A stretch of 64,000 nt of DNA from Takakia lepidozioides (lineage: Eukaryota > Plantae > Bryophyta): NCBI GenBank assembly GCA_030704615.1, contig CM060731.1, positions 58,652,001-58,716,000 of the forward strand, written 5' to 3'. The stretch's first letter is position 1; the number at the start of each line of letters is the position of its first letter. The position numbers were made by a program, and so were the translations under genes. This document shows, one piece after another, positions 49,846 through 63,300 of this stretch. Under the pieces are notes generated by a model. The model worked only from the letters and a program-made list of their open reading frames with translations. It was not told the origin of the DNA and did no database searches.

Positions 49846-52387
49846 CACACCGTGGTCATGGCGGGAGAGGAGGCTGATATCTCATGGCTTCGGCCTTCCC
49901 ATTGCCTTGGGTTCATCACTTCAATCAGGAACATATTTGATAACCTTTTGTCATGCTCAGACCAAGGTGTTAGTAAATCAAACATAAAACTGAAAAACAG
50001 AAGGGAGATTGGTTGATAATGTGTACAAGAACCACAAAGTACACCGGTCTAAATCAGAGAGGGAAGATACTTATGTCTCGTCGAGACATGGACAAAGACC
50101 TGACAAGGTCATTGTAAAACGAACGACAAATCGGCCTCATTATCGACCATTCTTCATTCACAAGTCAGCTTTATGACAAATCCCAGACTTCAAAGTCAAC
50201 GAAGTCTGGGGGTGGGAAAAATTAGAGACTCGATTACCACTGTTCATAGCAGGAAACCGTTGTTCAGCATGCTAAAAAGTGCCATTCATGACATGCCATG
50301 TCATTCAGTCTGTATTTTTTGGTCAGCTTACATACCAAGGCATAACCAACCATCCTAATTTATCGTTGGCCCAAAAACTAGTATAGTTTTGGGTTCTTTG
50401 TATCATGGGACATACCAAAGTGACTGAGCAGTAAGTATCCATGTCCAAATAAAGATCCATTGATCACTGTTCATGGCTGGAAATGTCTGTTTGTCTTAAA
50501 GAAGCCATTTATGATCATAGAAGGCTTAAGAACAAAATAAGAGCATTTCTTTACATAAAGAACATCACCAAAGCAGGGTTACGGACTGATATTTGGCAGC
50601 TTATACAACAGGGGGTAATCAGCTGCCCTATTTTGCACATCAAGTCGCTTATTGACACCATGTTTTTTGCCCCCTGATCTGTTTTAGATCTGGGGCTGGT
50701 GTGTAATTTCAATGACAGGGTAGAGTAATATTCCCACCTCTTGTTCCATGCCCCAAGACCAAGTTCTATGTCTGGGGTAGGGAAATCATTACCATAACAG
50801 GCTGTAATCAGATTTACGTGCCATGCAATCATCCATAGGAAACACAAAGAATCTGAATTGCTCGTCCCATCAGGCCTGCAGGTTACTTTGGTATTATTTA
50901 TCCTAAAGCGACTTGAATACAATGCCTGAATCATTCTCTTCGCATCTACCAATGTCTTACCGTTTATGACAATCATTAGGGCGACTATCTCTTGTTCCCT
51001 ATGGCATACTGATGTGACAATGGAGCAATGATATGACAAGCTGATGGCTTTAAAGAATTTATCTGGTAACATGCTACAATGTAGGGCAGACCTGTTTTCA
51101 TGACCAGACAGTGTTCTTGAATGTACAAGCATTGGAAACTTAGCCTCTTTTAGAAGCCGGTTACTCTAGGACACTTGATACCATGCCAAACTTATATGGA
51201 TGGATCTTTTTGTGGCCGCCAAATCTGGTCCTTGGTTATATGCCCTTGAATGTTTACCTATTTTCCAAAACGGTAAGACATTGGTAGATGCGAAGAGAAT
51301 GATTCAGGCATTGTATTCAAGTCGCTTTAGGATAAATAATACCAAAGTAACCTGCAGGCCTGATGGGACGAGCAATTCAGATTCTTTGTGTTTCCTATGG
51401 ATGATTGCATGGCACGTAAATCTGATTACAGCCTGTTATGGTAATGATTTCCCTACCCCAGACATAGAACTTGGTCTTGGGGCATGGAACAAGAGGTGGG
51501 AATATTACTCTACCCTGTCATTGAAATTACACACCAGCCCCAGATCTAAAACAGATCAGGGGGCAAAAAACATGGTGTCAATAAGCGACTTGATGTGCAA
51601 AATAGGGCAGCTGATTACCCCCTGTTGTATAAGCTGCCAAATATCAGTCCGTAACCCTGCTTTGGTGATGTTCTTTATGTAAAGAAATGCTCTTATTTTG
51701 TTCTTAAGCCTTCTATGATCATAAATGGCTTCTTTAAGACAAACAGACATTTCCAGCCATGAACAGTGATCAATGGATCTTTATTTGGACATGGATACTT
51801 ACTGCTCAGTCACTTTGGTATGTCCCATGATACAAAGAACCCAAAACTATACTAGTTTTTGGGCCAACGATAAATTAGGATGGTTGGTTATGCCTTGGTA
51901 TGTAAGCTGACCAAAAAATACAGACTGAATGACATGGCATGTCATGAATGGCACTTTTTAGCATGCTGAACAACGGTTTCCTGCTATGAACAGTGGTAAT
52001 CGAGTCTCTAATTTTTCCCACCCCCAGACTTCGTTGACTTTGAAGTCTGGGATTTGTCATAAAGCTGACTTGTGAATGAAGAATGGTCGATAATGAGGCC
52101 GATTTGTCGTTCGTTTTACAATGACCTTGTCAGGTCTTTGTCCATGTCTCGACGAGACATAAGTATCTTCCCTCTCTGATTTAGACCGGTGTACTTTGTG
52201 GTTCTTGTACACATTATCAACCAATCTCCCTTCTGTTTTTCAGTTTTATGTTTGATTTACGAACACCTTGGTCTGAGCATGACAAAAGGTTATCAAATAT
52301 GTTCCTGATTGAAGTGATGAACCCAAGGCAATGGGAAGGCCGAAGCCATGAGATATCAGCCTCCTCTCCCGCCATGACCACGGTGTG
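49846..52387. repeat. Near-perfect inverted repeat: 1120-bp arms (49846-50965, 51268-52387), 302-bp spacer
   Basis: Mirror ORFs in the track; one mismatch noticed. Outer pair 49316-49546 / 52450-52680. Confidence 0.95.
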
Positions 52388-53359
52388 ATCAGGAACATAT
52401 TTGATAACCTTTTGTCATGCTCAGACCAAGGTGTTAGTAAATCAAACATATGTTTCTATGTTTTCTCCTGGTTATGGCTTTGCTCTTTATAGCACCATAA
52501 AAAAAATACCCAATTATGATATGCTGCTGGTACATGTTTTGTCTGAATATAACCAGGTGGTAAACCCCTGCCAGACTTCATTACCTAAGTCCCAATACCT
52601 GCCCCCTTTGGTTTTGTACACATGTTTTACCCAAAACAAGGGGTGGGTAAACACTAAAAGTTTGATATAAGATTTCCCGAGGCCGAAGCACCCTTAAGTG
52701 CCTTCGGCACTCAAGGAGGCGGAAGCACTCACTAGGTGGAGCCCTGCAAACCGGGTTGCGGTGGGGGCGACTCCACGAGGGGCGGTGGTAGCTTAGGGAG
52801 TTGTAGTGGGGGTGGGATAGGACTCACCATGAGGCTGAGGCCTTGTGATGGGAGTCGTGGGGAGTTTTGGGCTCACCGCGGTCCGCCGCCCCCACCACAG
52901 GGGCAACCCCTCTTGTGTCCCGACCCCCCCCCTCAAGGCGAAGGGCCGCGACAACGTCCACCGACCGGAGTTTTTTTTTTTTTTCTCTCTCCGAGTCTTG
53001 GGGCTATTCCCCCAAAAATTATGTCAAAACAGTTTCATATGACAAAGATATGGCCAAACAGACATTAGATAATTTAATTTGGATCATCATAAACTTTATA
53101 ATGAAGTCTCAATGCAGAGCAAACGTTAACACTATATATATATAGAGAACAGGGGATAGTGGCCCTGGAAATTTTATTAAGGTAAGAAAAAAATAACCTT
53201 ACAAGAGCCATGAAGGCATGAATGCGGTACTACTCATAGCCAAGAGTTCCAATAAGAGCAAGCAGATGGTAAGGGAGGGAGGTGAAAGGATTATGAGAAC
53301 ATAAACATAGTAGCACTACAGAATGAGAACAAGCTGAGTACAGAGCAGCACTAAAGCAT

Positions 53360-54270
53360 CACTACAGAATAAGAACAAGCCGAGTACAAAGCACTAACTC
53401 TAGTGCTACATACTTCCTCTTTTCCTTTTTTGGAGCGTCGAAGGATAAATGAGCCTTAGATTTACCCTTCCTAAGACTACGCTCATGTCTCCAATTGATT
53501 TCCTCATCTTCAAGTTCCAAAGGAGAGCGCCTAGCGCTGACGGTACTGCCAGCAGGCTGGGAGGTCTTCGTTCCACACAACTCGGGTATCTGATATCCTC
53601 CTGCAGAAGATACCATTTTTTCTCCATGAATTGTCAAAGGTTGCGAGGAGCTGGGCTTGTCGAGAGTTGCCACATCTGAGAAGAGCTGCCACAAGAATAG
53701 TCCAAGATTTCCGTGCTTCAGACAGCTCACTCAGACAGGAGGTCTGAGTGAGCTAAGATAAGAACCTTCTGCAAACAAAGAAGAGATCCTTGGAAAAGAC
53801 TTCAGCAGCGCATTTTCCAGATATGCCATAAGATAGCACCTCTCATAGATTCCCAAACAGGGCAAGAACAAATTAAGTTGCCATCTTTAGAGTTGAGAAG
53901 AAAAGCAGAAGTGGAAAAGGATAGATCTTTGTTTCAGAGAGCATAGAGTAAAGCAGCTGACGTCCAAACTTCTACTGCAAAGGAGCAATGAACAAGGCAA
54001 TGTTCTATCCTCTGAACAATTTATATTACAAGTGGCACAAGTAATCGGAGGATCAGAAATGAAGGCTCCCGCTGGGACAATTCTGTTTGCAATCCTCCAC
54101 AAGAAGGCATAAATTTTAGAAGACAATGCTTCCTCCATATGTCTGTCCAGACATGCTTCCAAGAAACTAGGTGACCTGCAACATGGGTCCACTTCTTTGT
54201 CCATTTCCGGTCAAAACTTTGCTTGGGCATAAGCAATGAGTAGCCTAGCTTCACGGTATAGGAGAAGAAG
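53360..54270 (-). mobile_element. L1-type LINE 3' fragment (zf-RVT-like)
   Basis: FSYTVKLGY, W..IW, FLWRIA.R..P...C..C....ED motifs; frameshifted. Confidence 0.6.
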
Positions 54271-54271
54271 T

Positions 54272-55832
54272 GATCATGGTTCTTGTTCATCAGCCGCTGT
54301 GGTTTATTTTGCATACTTGGGCTTTGACGTAATGGCCAGTATGGCTGAGGAAACCAAAAATCCCCCAAGAGACACTCCCATTGGCCTGGTTGGCTCCATG
54401 ACGATTGTGACTATCATCTACTGCTTTATGGCCCTCACCCTCTGCATGATGCAGAAATATACCAACATTGATCCAGATGCTCCTTACTCATTTGCTTTCA
54501 AAGCAATTGGGCGGAACTGGGTGCAGAATTTAATAGCTCTGGGTGGGAATGACAACAGTGTTGCTGGTACGGATAGTGAGCCAAGGTCGTTATGTGACAC
54601 AAATTGCACGCACCCACATGTTACCACCTTGGTCTGCCCATATGAATTCAAAGACAAGCACTTCTCTCCGTGCAACATTGGTGGGGCTGGTAATATGAGT
54701 AATGACCTCAATAGTTTCATTCTTTACAAGCCTGGAAGTTCTAACCATCTCTCTTTCAGCACACTCATGATCTTTATGCTGGTAGCGATTGCACTTATTG
54801 TGCTCCGACATTATATACCAGGGTAGACCCCTCCCTACTGCCTGCAACTGCTGTGGTTCTTGATATTACGTATTATCGTCTCATCAATTGCCATGGCAGC
54901 ATACTGGGGCCTCAGCATTGACTGGGTTGGCCAGGTAATTAGACTACAACACCTTATGCAGGGTTTGGCAGGCATGGTATTGTGCAATGCTTGAGCCGTA
55001 ATTCTAGTAGGACATGAGAGAGATGATTGTCAACCCTCTCTAGCGTGTCATTGAAGATTTGGTATTGCAGCTTATATCTGCTTTCTCTGGTTTGCCAGCA
55101 AACAGAGAGTGCAATTGCCCATTGTGTGGGCAATCTGAAGACAGTATTCATTTTCTGATACACTGTCCGGGGTTCTCTCACCAAAGAGACGCTCTCTTCA
55201 AATCTATCAAGGGAATTGTGCCTGTACCCCTGTTTACCAACTTTGAAAGTCTCGAGGCTGAGCCAAAAACCCAGGCCCTCCTGAGGCCTAGTTTTTGGGC
55301 AAATCACACACAGCAGATTGATAGGGATTTCTAGAGGATATCTGGAAAACCCGGATTAATTCTATATATGAAGGTAAGTCTTACTACCAACGTCAGCCCC
55401 TGACAGAGGTAGGTTCTGTCCCTTTTGTTCCCGCTCAAACTGGGCGATCTTCGTGGCTATATGGTTTGCGACTACCTGGAGCCTGTGGTACTTCATCCCC
55501 ATTGTCAGACACCCTGGGGAACGCCATGCATCCCGTGGCTGCCCTCAGCCTCTATAGGGGTCAACATCTTCTTGCTGGGCTCGATCGACCGTGATTCCTT
55601 CATCCGGTTCAGGGTTTGGACTGGGATCATTCTGGTGTACTACATCTTTGTTGGCCTGCATGCTTCTCATGATGCCGCAGTGGAGAAAGCCGACCCAGAT
55701 GATCTGAAGCTAGACAAGGCCACAAAACAAGTTGAGCAACCACCAGCACATCTTACAGAAACTCAAGCTTGTGATGAAGAGATCAAGCCAAATGAAAGTG
55801 TGCATATAGACGTAACAAGACAGGAGCGTTGA
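54272..55832 (+). pseudogene. Cationic amino acid transporter (APC family, CAT1/5/8-like), C-terminal half, disrupted
   Basis: YFAYLGFD..ASMAEETKNP.RD.PIGL; WG.P.IPWLPSASI..NIFLLGS; frameshifts, stop at 54824, ~510-bp insertion. Confidence 0.85.
55096..55446 (+). mobile_element. LINE fragment matching 63480-63857
   Basis: Near-identical with two short internal deletions. Confidence 0.9.
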
Positions 55833-56897
55833 ACATTAATGGAGATCATCGTCTCTTCATCTGAGGTCTCTTTGGTGCAGGTCACTCGTAGATGCCTCCA
55901 GATCCTTGTTTGGAAAAAAACTACAATTGGTTGCGAAAACATTAACAGAAAACTTTATTAAAAAGAAGGTTAGAGCATGTTAAATTTACTGAGCAGAGAG
56001 CTCCAACGGACAATTGAAGGACTGAACCCAGGATAACCCTGGTTGTGTACAGGCAAGGCAACGCTGAGCTGCCTACAAAATCTTCACAAGGCCATGAACA
56101 AAGTCCCCAGAAACTGAAATTGGCCCATTCCTACAGGGTTATAAGCTCACAAAGAAGGATGGTGGAATTGTGTTGGTGGCTACCCAACTGACAGCTTTTA
56201 TTTTCTCCCGTGAACATCTCTTCCAAGCCCTCCCTATCATTCACTCATCTGCAATCAACCAAATCAGTTGAAGGCCTACCGAGCACGACAAGAATCTTTG
56301 TTACTTCAATCCCACTTTTTGTAGGGCAAACGGACATAAATCTGAACCCTAGATTCTGTAGGAGGTGAACCCTGAACATACGTTCATTGGACGGCTAAGG
56401 TTTGTCAATGTTGGCTTTGTAATCATATTGCGCAACACTAGGGACCACAAGAGTGTGGGAGAGAGTGCGGAAATTGCAAAGCAGACGAGAAAGTTTGTGA
56501 AAGGAGAGAGAATGTACTCATAAGACGTTGTTTGCTAGAGGACACAGAGAGATGCAGCAGGTGCGTTCCAAATTCACGAACGCGCACCGTGCTGTGCATG
56601 ACACCTTCTCAGAAAACACACTGGCATGTCTGCATTTTCGTGTGTGAAGACCGTTGGCGCTGGAAGTCCTTTCAATTTGAAGAGTGCTGGTGTGGATTTT
56701 TTAACATTGTTGGCCAACATGTGCCATAGCACATCTGCTTCCACTAAATCCATAACCAGTCCACCCGTTGTAGATACAGAGACCAAAATTGACCTCCCTG
56801 TGCAACTGAAGTTGAGTGCAACTCTTGATTATTTTGATTTCATGGGAAGTGGTCATCCCCGCAGATAATCTACTTGCGGTTTGATGGTGAGAAGCAG

Positions 56898-57734
56898 CTA
56901 GCTGCCAATTGAAAACCCAAAAAAGAGTTCCAAAGACTCTGACACGAATACATTGGATGCAATGGGCGCAATGGGCGCTGCTGCCACAGATGCAATATGA
57001 AGCTGGTGACGAATGAAGGGGGCTAGTGCAGCAATTATGTCTCGCAGAGTGTCCACATGCCAGTCGGGCTCCAGCTGCCGCACAAATGATGACCTTCCAG
57101 CCTCCGTGCTACAAAACAGAACCTTGTTGCGATTCAAACCCCCAATTGAGAATACGCCAACGGAGTCCAATGCGGCCAACACAGATGCCTCACCTGCATC
57201 ATCCTCAACCTTGGCAATGAGATAAAGATCGCAAGTGCGAGCAATCTCCAACAGCACCTCCACTACCGCTGGCCTCACCACCGCATGACTTTGAAGCTCT
57301 TGAGAAGAAGTCTCCTCCAATATTACTCCAACCAGCTGACAAGTCATTTTCCTGCCCCCATTCAATTGTCGCCTCACCATTCGAGCCAAAGTAAGGTGGG
57401 CAGGTGCTGCCGCCTCGACAATGCTGCCACGTTGGGCGGCTTGCGTGATAGACCGTGCCACTGCCGTCGATGACCCCCCTGCATCCGTATCCATGAGAGC
57501 TGCATCCGCTGGAGTCGAGGCTCCTTCGCGCTTGGTGGATCCGCTTTGTCTGTTGGGAACCTTCAGCAACTTCCAGGTGCACACAAATGCAATTGCCAAC
57601 CCGGCAGCAGCCCCTACCGAGCTAGCACTTTTATATTTCAAAAGCAAACCAAGGAAGTGAGACAACTTGACTGTCAGAGATGAACTAAAACCATGCACTG
57701 ATTGCACAAGCTCCTCGGCTATAGACTGACCCAT
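56898..57734 (-). CDS. PEX22: Peroxisome biogenesis protein 22, single coding exon, 278 aa
   Basis: TM GAAAGLAIAFV.TW; GRK.TC.L.GVILEE; KVLFCSTE.GR.SFVRQLEPDWH.DT match plant PEX22; ATG at 57734. Confidence 0.9.
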   Translation of the reverse strand: MGQSIAEELVQSVHGFSSSLTVKLSHFLGLLLKYKSASSVGAAAGLAIAFVCTWKLLKVPNRQSGSTKREGASTPADAALMDTDAGGSSTAVARSITQAAQRGSIVEAAAPAHLTLARMVRRQLNGGRKMTCQLVGVILEETSSQELQSHAVVRPAVVEVLLEIARTCDLYLIAKVEDDAGEASVLAALDSVGVFSIGGLNRNKVLFCSTEAGRSSFVRQLEPDWHVDTLRDIIAALAPFIRHQLHIASVAAAPIAPIASNVFVSESLELFFGFSIGS

Positions 57735-60360
57735 GCCTACCCGTATCCCCGTTCCCTTTACCTTCTTCTGCACAATTCCCAGCAAGTAGCTCCCTAACCA
57801 AAAAAACTTCAGACAGCTTTCAACGCCTTAAATTGGGCTGCGTGACAAGCTAGTGAGCGATGAACTTGTTTTTGAGCCACAATCCTAATCTTCGCTGGAT
57901 ACCTGTCTGCGATGATTCAAACAAGAACCCTCCCATATCACTCAAAGTTGAACAAGGACATCCAACTCTCAAAACTTGCCAGAATTCCTTCCTCTTCGAC
58001 CAACAAGTGCACAAAAAATCATGCCCAGGAAACGGTAGATCGCCGACGAGAACGAAGACTCTTACCCTTCTGCAATCGTCCTCCTCCTTCAATCGGATAC
58101 TCCACAATGATTCTCAACGTTAGACCTATCGCATCCCTCGAGAACGCACTGCGAGGAATAGAGATTAGATCCCGTGTTTTAGGGTTTGCAAGCTGACCGG
58201 ACATTTGGCAAATGCATAGTGCAGCCCGCAGAAAGCTGCCACGTTGCCGATTTTCCGCCGGCCATTGCTGGTATCCTCGTCTGGAATACCGGACACTTCC
58301 AGTTTTCCTACACTACGGATGCCTTTGGCAATCGGCTACAGCCGGTGGAGTTGTCTCTATCAGGAAATAGCGTGTAAGGATGTCGAGATGAGGTGCAGAG
58401 CTTTCGGGATCGTTGCTGGAATTGAGCGCTCTTCGACGATATAATGATCCTGCAGGTCTGCTGATGCGCGTTGAAATTGTGCTGACTGTATTGTTTGCAT
58501 CGGTGGATTTTTTCTCTATCTGAAGGTCGTTTTCTCTTACGCTTCAGAATTGTGCAAGTATTTCCATGCCTCATGTCCCTTAAAGAAAATATCGTCAGGG
58601 CCGAATTTCTGTGTTGACAAGATCCTCTTCCTTCTGTCAAGATGTGTTTCTATTGGGTGTCTACTACTTCGCAGGTCCAAGCTTTGCTGAGCTAAAGATG
58701 TTTTCTGCGTGTGGCTTTACATTGTGCACCTAGCGCGTGATTGTTCATTTCAATGTGTTCTGTTTCTGAATTTTCCCGCTTAGGATTTCTGTCTGCTGAG
58801 AGTGGTACGCCCTACAATTTTTCCACCGGAGTTATTGTTGGCGCTCTGGTCTCTGTACCATTTATTTCTTCTCCGAGATAGGTACGATGTTTTAGTTCGC
58901 TGAAATTGCGTCTCCAAAGGATTGATCTTTGTTTGTTTCGCATGGATCTTCAGTAGATCATTTCGTGTCGAACCGTGATTCATCTCCGTGTACGGATGCT
59001 CGTATTCTCCCCTGCAATGCGTAGGTCAATTCTATGCAATATACGTCTGTATCTGAACTCCATACTGAGCGAACATGTCGGAGTGTTTCGGATGCTCACT
59101 GCGATTTATTTATGAATTTATTTATGAGTAGCTAGTTTTCCTGTGTCTAAATCCCAGTGTAGCATCGACATTGTACATGCTACATGCTGTGTATATCTAA
59201 CACCTTCCCCTACCAAATTGCCTGACCTTGAAACAGCATGGTTGCATGGGAATGAGACTGTGTACAACGGCAGGCATTAGCAAGGTACTTAAGGATCGAA
59301 TTGATTCGTGCGTTTGTAGCAGAGTGAAGTGACTCGCAGATTCATATTAGTTATATCAGCCCCTACAGCTCTTGTCAATCAATTGAAGTCTCTTCTTTTG
59401 CACTTTCTATACACATTACAATAGACTTAGGTAGTTTCTGTAAGACCCAGGCAAATTGTATGCTTTGAGTTCACCTTGAGAGATATGGTTCCAGTGTTCT
59501 GACTGTGATTATTTGTAATAGGCTGGTCTTCCACATAGCAGAAATTGGCCATGCAATCTAGGCTGTAGCCGCACGCCTAAGGCACAGCAAGTGGGATTCC
59601 AAAGACAGTTGGCACCTCAACTTGCCTTGCCACTAAGCTGCTCCTTATCTGCAGGTGCATTTGGTAAGTTAACATAATCTGATCGCTTGCCCTAAGCTTG
59701 TTTGACATCAGGGTTACTTGATGATCTTCACGGTAGTTTGGAAGACATATTATTTCTCACTTGTATAGTACTAATAAACATTTGCATTATCTGACCTCCT
59801 TTTCCCATCTACTTCTGGTGCTTGATTTTGTGGGCATTTGTTTCTGTAAGTGTATGAGATGTATCAGAAAAGGTTCATCAGTTAGTTTCTGTCACCTTCA
59901 CGTATTTGTGTGCAGACAAAATTAGATATGTTTCTCAGGAAAGGGGCATTTTATCATTCTATGGACTTTCATTGCTGCGGTGTAGCAGAATCTGCTTAAT
60001 CCTGTTGGGCTTAGTGATAGGAATACATAGGCATTCATGCCTCTTGTAGTGTGAGATTCAATTAAATGAAAAGTGACCAAAAGAAGAGAGAAAAAGGGAG
60101 ACTCTTGCCGAAGCAAGCGTAACTTATGGTGTCACTTTGAAAAGTGACAGTAAGTTTGGAAATTGAGCTGTTATTTGACCACAAGAACCACAATGGATGA
60201 AAGAGATCTGCTACTGTCTTCCATGGGCAAGTTTGTACCTCTGTAAGCATATGTAAGTGTATCTCGAGGTACTTGAGGTGAGCCCTTGGCCTCATAATGG
60301 CTAATTCTTTGAAATATTGACGATCTCTCGGGTTGGTTCCTGTGCTTAAACTTATGGCCT

Positions 60361-63300
60361 GTGAAAACAATAAAAATTTTAGCTCCTATCAACATCAACA
60401 CTCCTCAGGGTGATCCCTGGGAATTGGTTACTTATGCCAAATCTAGGGCTTCATGTGTAGTTTTTGGGGTGAATCCCAGGATGGACAATGTGTCCTTTAA
60501 AACTACATGCTCTAGCTTAGGCTTGGATTTCATGGCTAATGGTACCATCTCGAGACTTGATAACAGGTGTACGTTGAAGGTTGCAATGACCAAAAGTGCT
60601 TCTAATAGAGTCCCGCATCAATTCAATCTCAAAGAAGTTCGTCCCTTGACTGGCTGGAGAGCGGTCTTAGACATTGGTGATTCAATGGGGCGCTTTAGGA
60701 AGACAACCAAGGGCAACAACTTCAATTTGAGAGTTTCTAATCGGTTTGATGCTCTGGATGAGGTTGAATCCAAACAGCCAGAAGGACAAGATGCCCCTAA
60801 GTGTACGGAACCTGAACGTCCTGAATCTGAAGGATTTGGTACTCTGAATGGTTTACCAATCCTCAAGGTTTACACAAGACGGACAAATTCTATACACGGG
60901 GTAATTGTCCCCAAGCCGTCAGATGGACAATCTGTCCCTAAGTGTCGTCGTGTAACTGAAGGATTTGGTACATGGTTTACCAATCCTCAAAGTCTACACA
61001 ATACGAGCAAAATCTATACACGGGGTAATTGTCCCCAAGCAGTCTGACGGACAATCTGCCCCTATGTGTGCGGAGCCTGTGCGTCGTGTAACTGAAAGAT
61101 TTGGTACCCTGAATTGCTTACCAATTCTCAAAGTTTACACAAGACGAGCAAAATCTACACATGGGGTAACTGTCCCCCCTTTGCAGAACGGTTGGCCGTC
61201 CAGGAGCAATCACAAGCTACCTAGACGACTAACAATTCACACGCAAAGGGCTGGCTTGCGGCTGGCCACTTTCAACTTCTCAGGGTTGACCAATCAAAGG
61301 AAACAACTTGAAGTGGGACAAGTTCTTCGGACTAATGAGTCTGTGCTGGGCAAGAAACATGGGAAGCGGCGGATAAACTGGTTGGAGATGTCATTTGTTA
61401 TAAATGGGCAGGTAAGATGTGTACTCTCAAGGCAGCCTCTGCCAAACGCGGTCAAAAAGGGGTTGGATTCTTTGTCCGTGATTTCTTGTTTGACAATTGT
61501 GAAATTATCAACAAGGGTTTGAGGTACGAGCATAGTATCTTGTAAAACTGAATTTGAAGGGCGGCATGAGTACAAAGGACCTCTTTGTTGGTTGTGTTTA
61601 CATGCCTACAGAGGGGACCCTTAGTGCTGACGCAGACAAGGCCTTCGAAGATGTAAAGCTGGACTGTGCTTCGTTCCTTGCCAAAGGGCAGGTGGTACTA
61701 TTGGGGGACTTCAATGCCCGGGTGGGCAAAGGGATCCATCAGGACGATATCATTGGACCTTTTGGTGAGGACGAGCTGAATTCTAATGGCAGACGGTTAA
61801 TTAACTGTCTAGAAGAGCTTCAGCTTTTGACCTTGAATAACAGGACAAGAGGTGACCAAGTGCAGTGGACTCGTGAGAAATCCCAAACTGGGGAACGTTT
61901 TGTGGACTATATCATAATGGACAAAATTTTGTTCCCCCAGTGTGCCAATGTGTTGATCGACAGAACTGATATTGGTGCCTCTGACCACTTCGTGGTTTGG
62001 ACTGAGATCAAAAGGTGTTTTCCCACCACCAAGAGATCTGTGAAACGTTCGATTCGGAAGTGGCGCATAGAAAAATTCCACAATGAGGAGGTCAAGGCTG
62101 AGTACGTCCAGGCCTTGCAAGAGGCTCTCCCTCATTTTGTCCAATCGCTCCAAGAACTTCAGTCACGCTCTGTTAACGCAAGAAATGAAGTCGAAAGAGC
62201 AGTGGACTCTTGGGAGAGTTTCGTTTCCTCCGTGGCTGACAAGATCATTGGGAGGAAACTAATTGTCTGCGGTAGAGCAGTTAATTGGTGGACTAATGAG
62301 ATTAAACTCAAGATAGCTGAGAGACGAGCCCTCTATAAAGAGTGCTGCAATTTGGAAACCAACAGAGAATTGTGGGCGAGGTACTACCAGCTCCGTAAAG
62401 ATATCAATCAGCTTGTTAGGTCTCAGAAGAAATTATACTGGGACAAGTTATACAGTGAAATAAACTCAAACCACCATGGTGGTAATGACAAGAAATTCTG
62501 GTTGGCCCTTCAACATTTGTACAAGCTGAAAAACGGTCAGCAAGTAAAGGTGCAGTGGTGACTTCATCGGTTGACATTGTCAAAACCTTTGAAACTCACT
62601 ACAGTATCCTTGGCAGAATTTCTAAGTCTAACAGTGAGGGGTCTTCTGCTGAATGGAGGGACACAGTTGGAAAAACTGTTCCTATGATTCAAAACAGCCC
62701 TGATGAACTGGAGTATATTTCAATGGCTTATAATGCTCCCATTAGTTCTTCTGAGATTGTGGAAGCAATTGAACATTTAAATGGATATAAAGCTGGTGGA
62801 CCTGATGGTATTGTCAACGAGCTTATCAAGCACGGTGGCGAGAGGCCCTAGTTCTTCTCTTTAACCTTATCTGGAAGACTGAAATGATCCCCTTTGGCTG
62901 GCGACAGGGGGTCATTGTCAATCTATACAAGACCTGCCTTGGAGTACGGATCTGCTATATGGGTTGATAACTCCAACCAGGCTAAGTCTCTAGAATCCAT
63001 TCAAGTGGGGGTGCTTAAGGAGTGTATGTCAGCATGCTCCAAAACAGCCAATGTGGCTGTTCGGGGTGAGTTTGGCATTCCGTCCTTAAGCTCCCGACGA
63101 GATGAATTCAAGGTCAGATGGTGGGTCAGCTGCAACATATGCCCAACACCAGATATCCTAAGTTAATCGACTCTATATCTTGGAAACAGGACCGCCCTGT
63201 CAAACAGGCTAAGTCCTGGCAGAAGAGAGTAGAAGAGATCCTCAAGGACCTGGACCTGGATCCGCAAGTCGTGACCCTGCTGGATAAATCTGACTTAGAG

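Noticed and set aside
50551-51682. 193-aa and 160-aa ORFs sharing a C-terminus
   Set aside because: Mirror products of the inverted repeat; no recognisable domain.
57735-57785. 17-aa N-terminal extension of PEX22
   Set aside because: Depends on a TTG start; the first ATG is at 57734.
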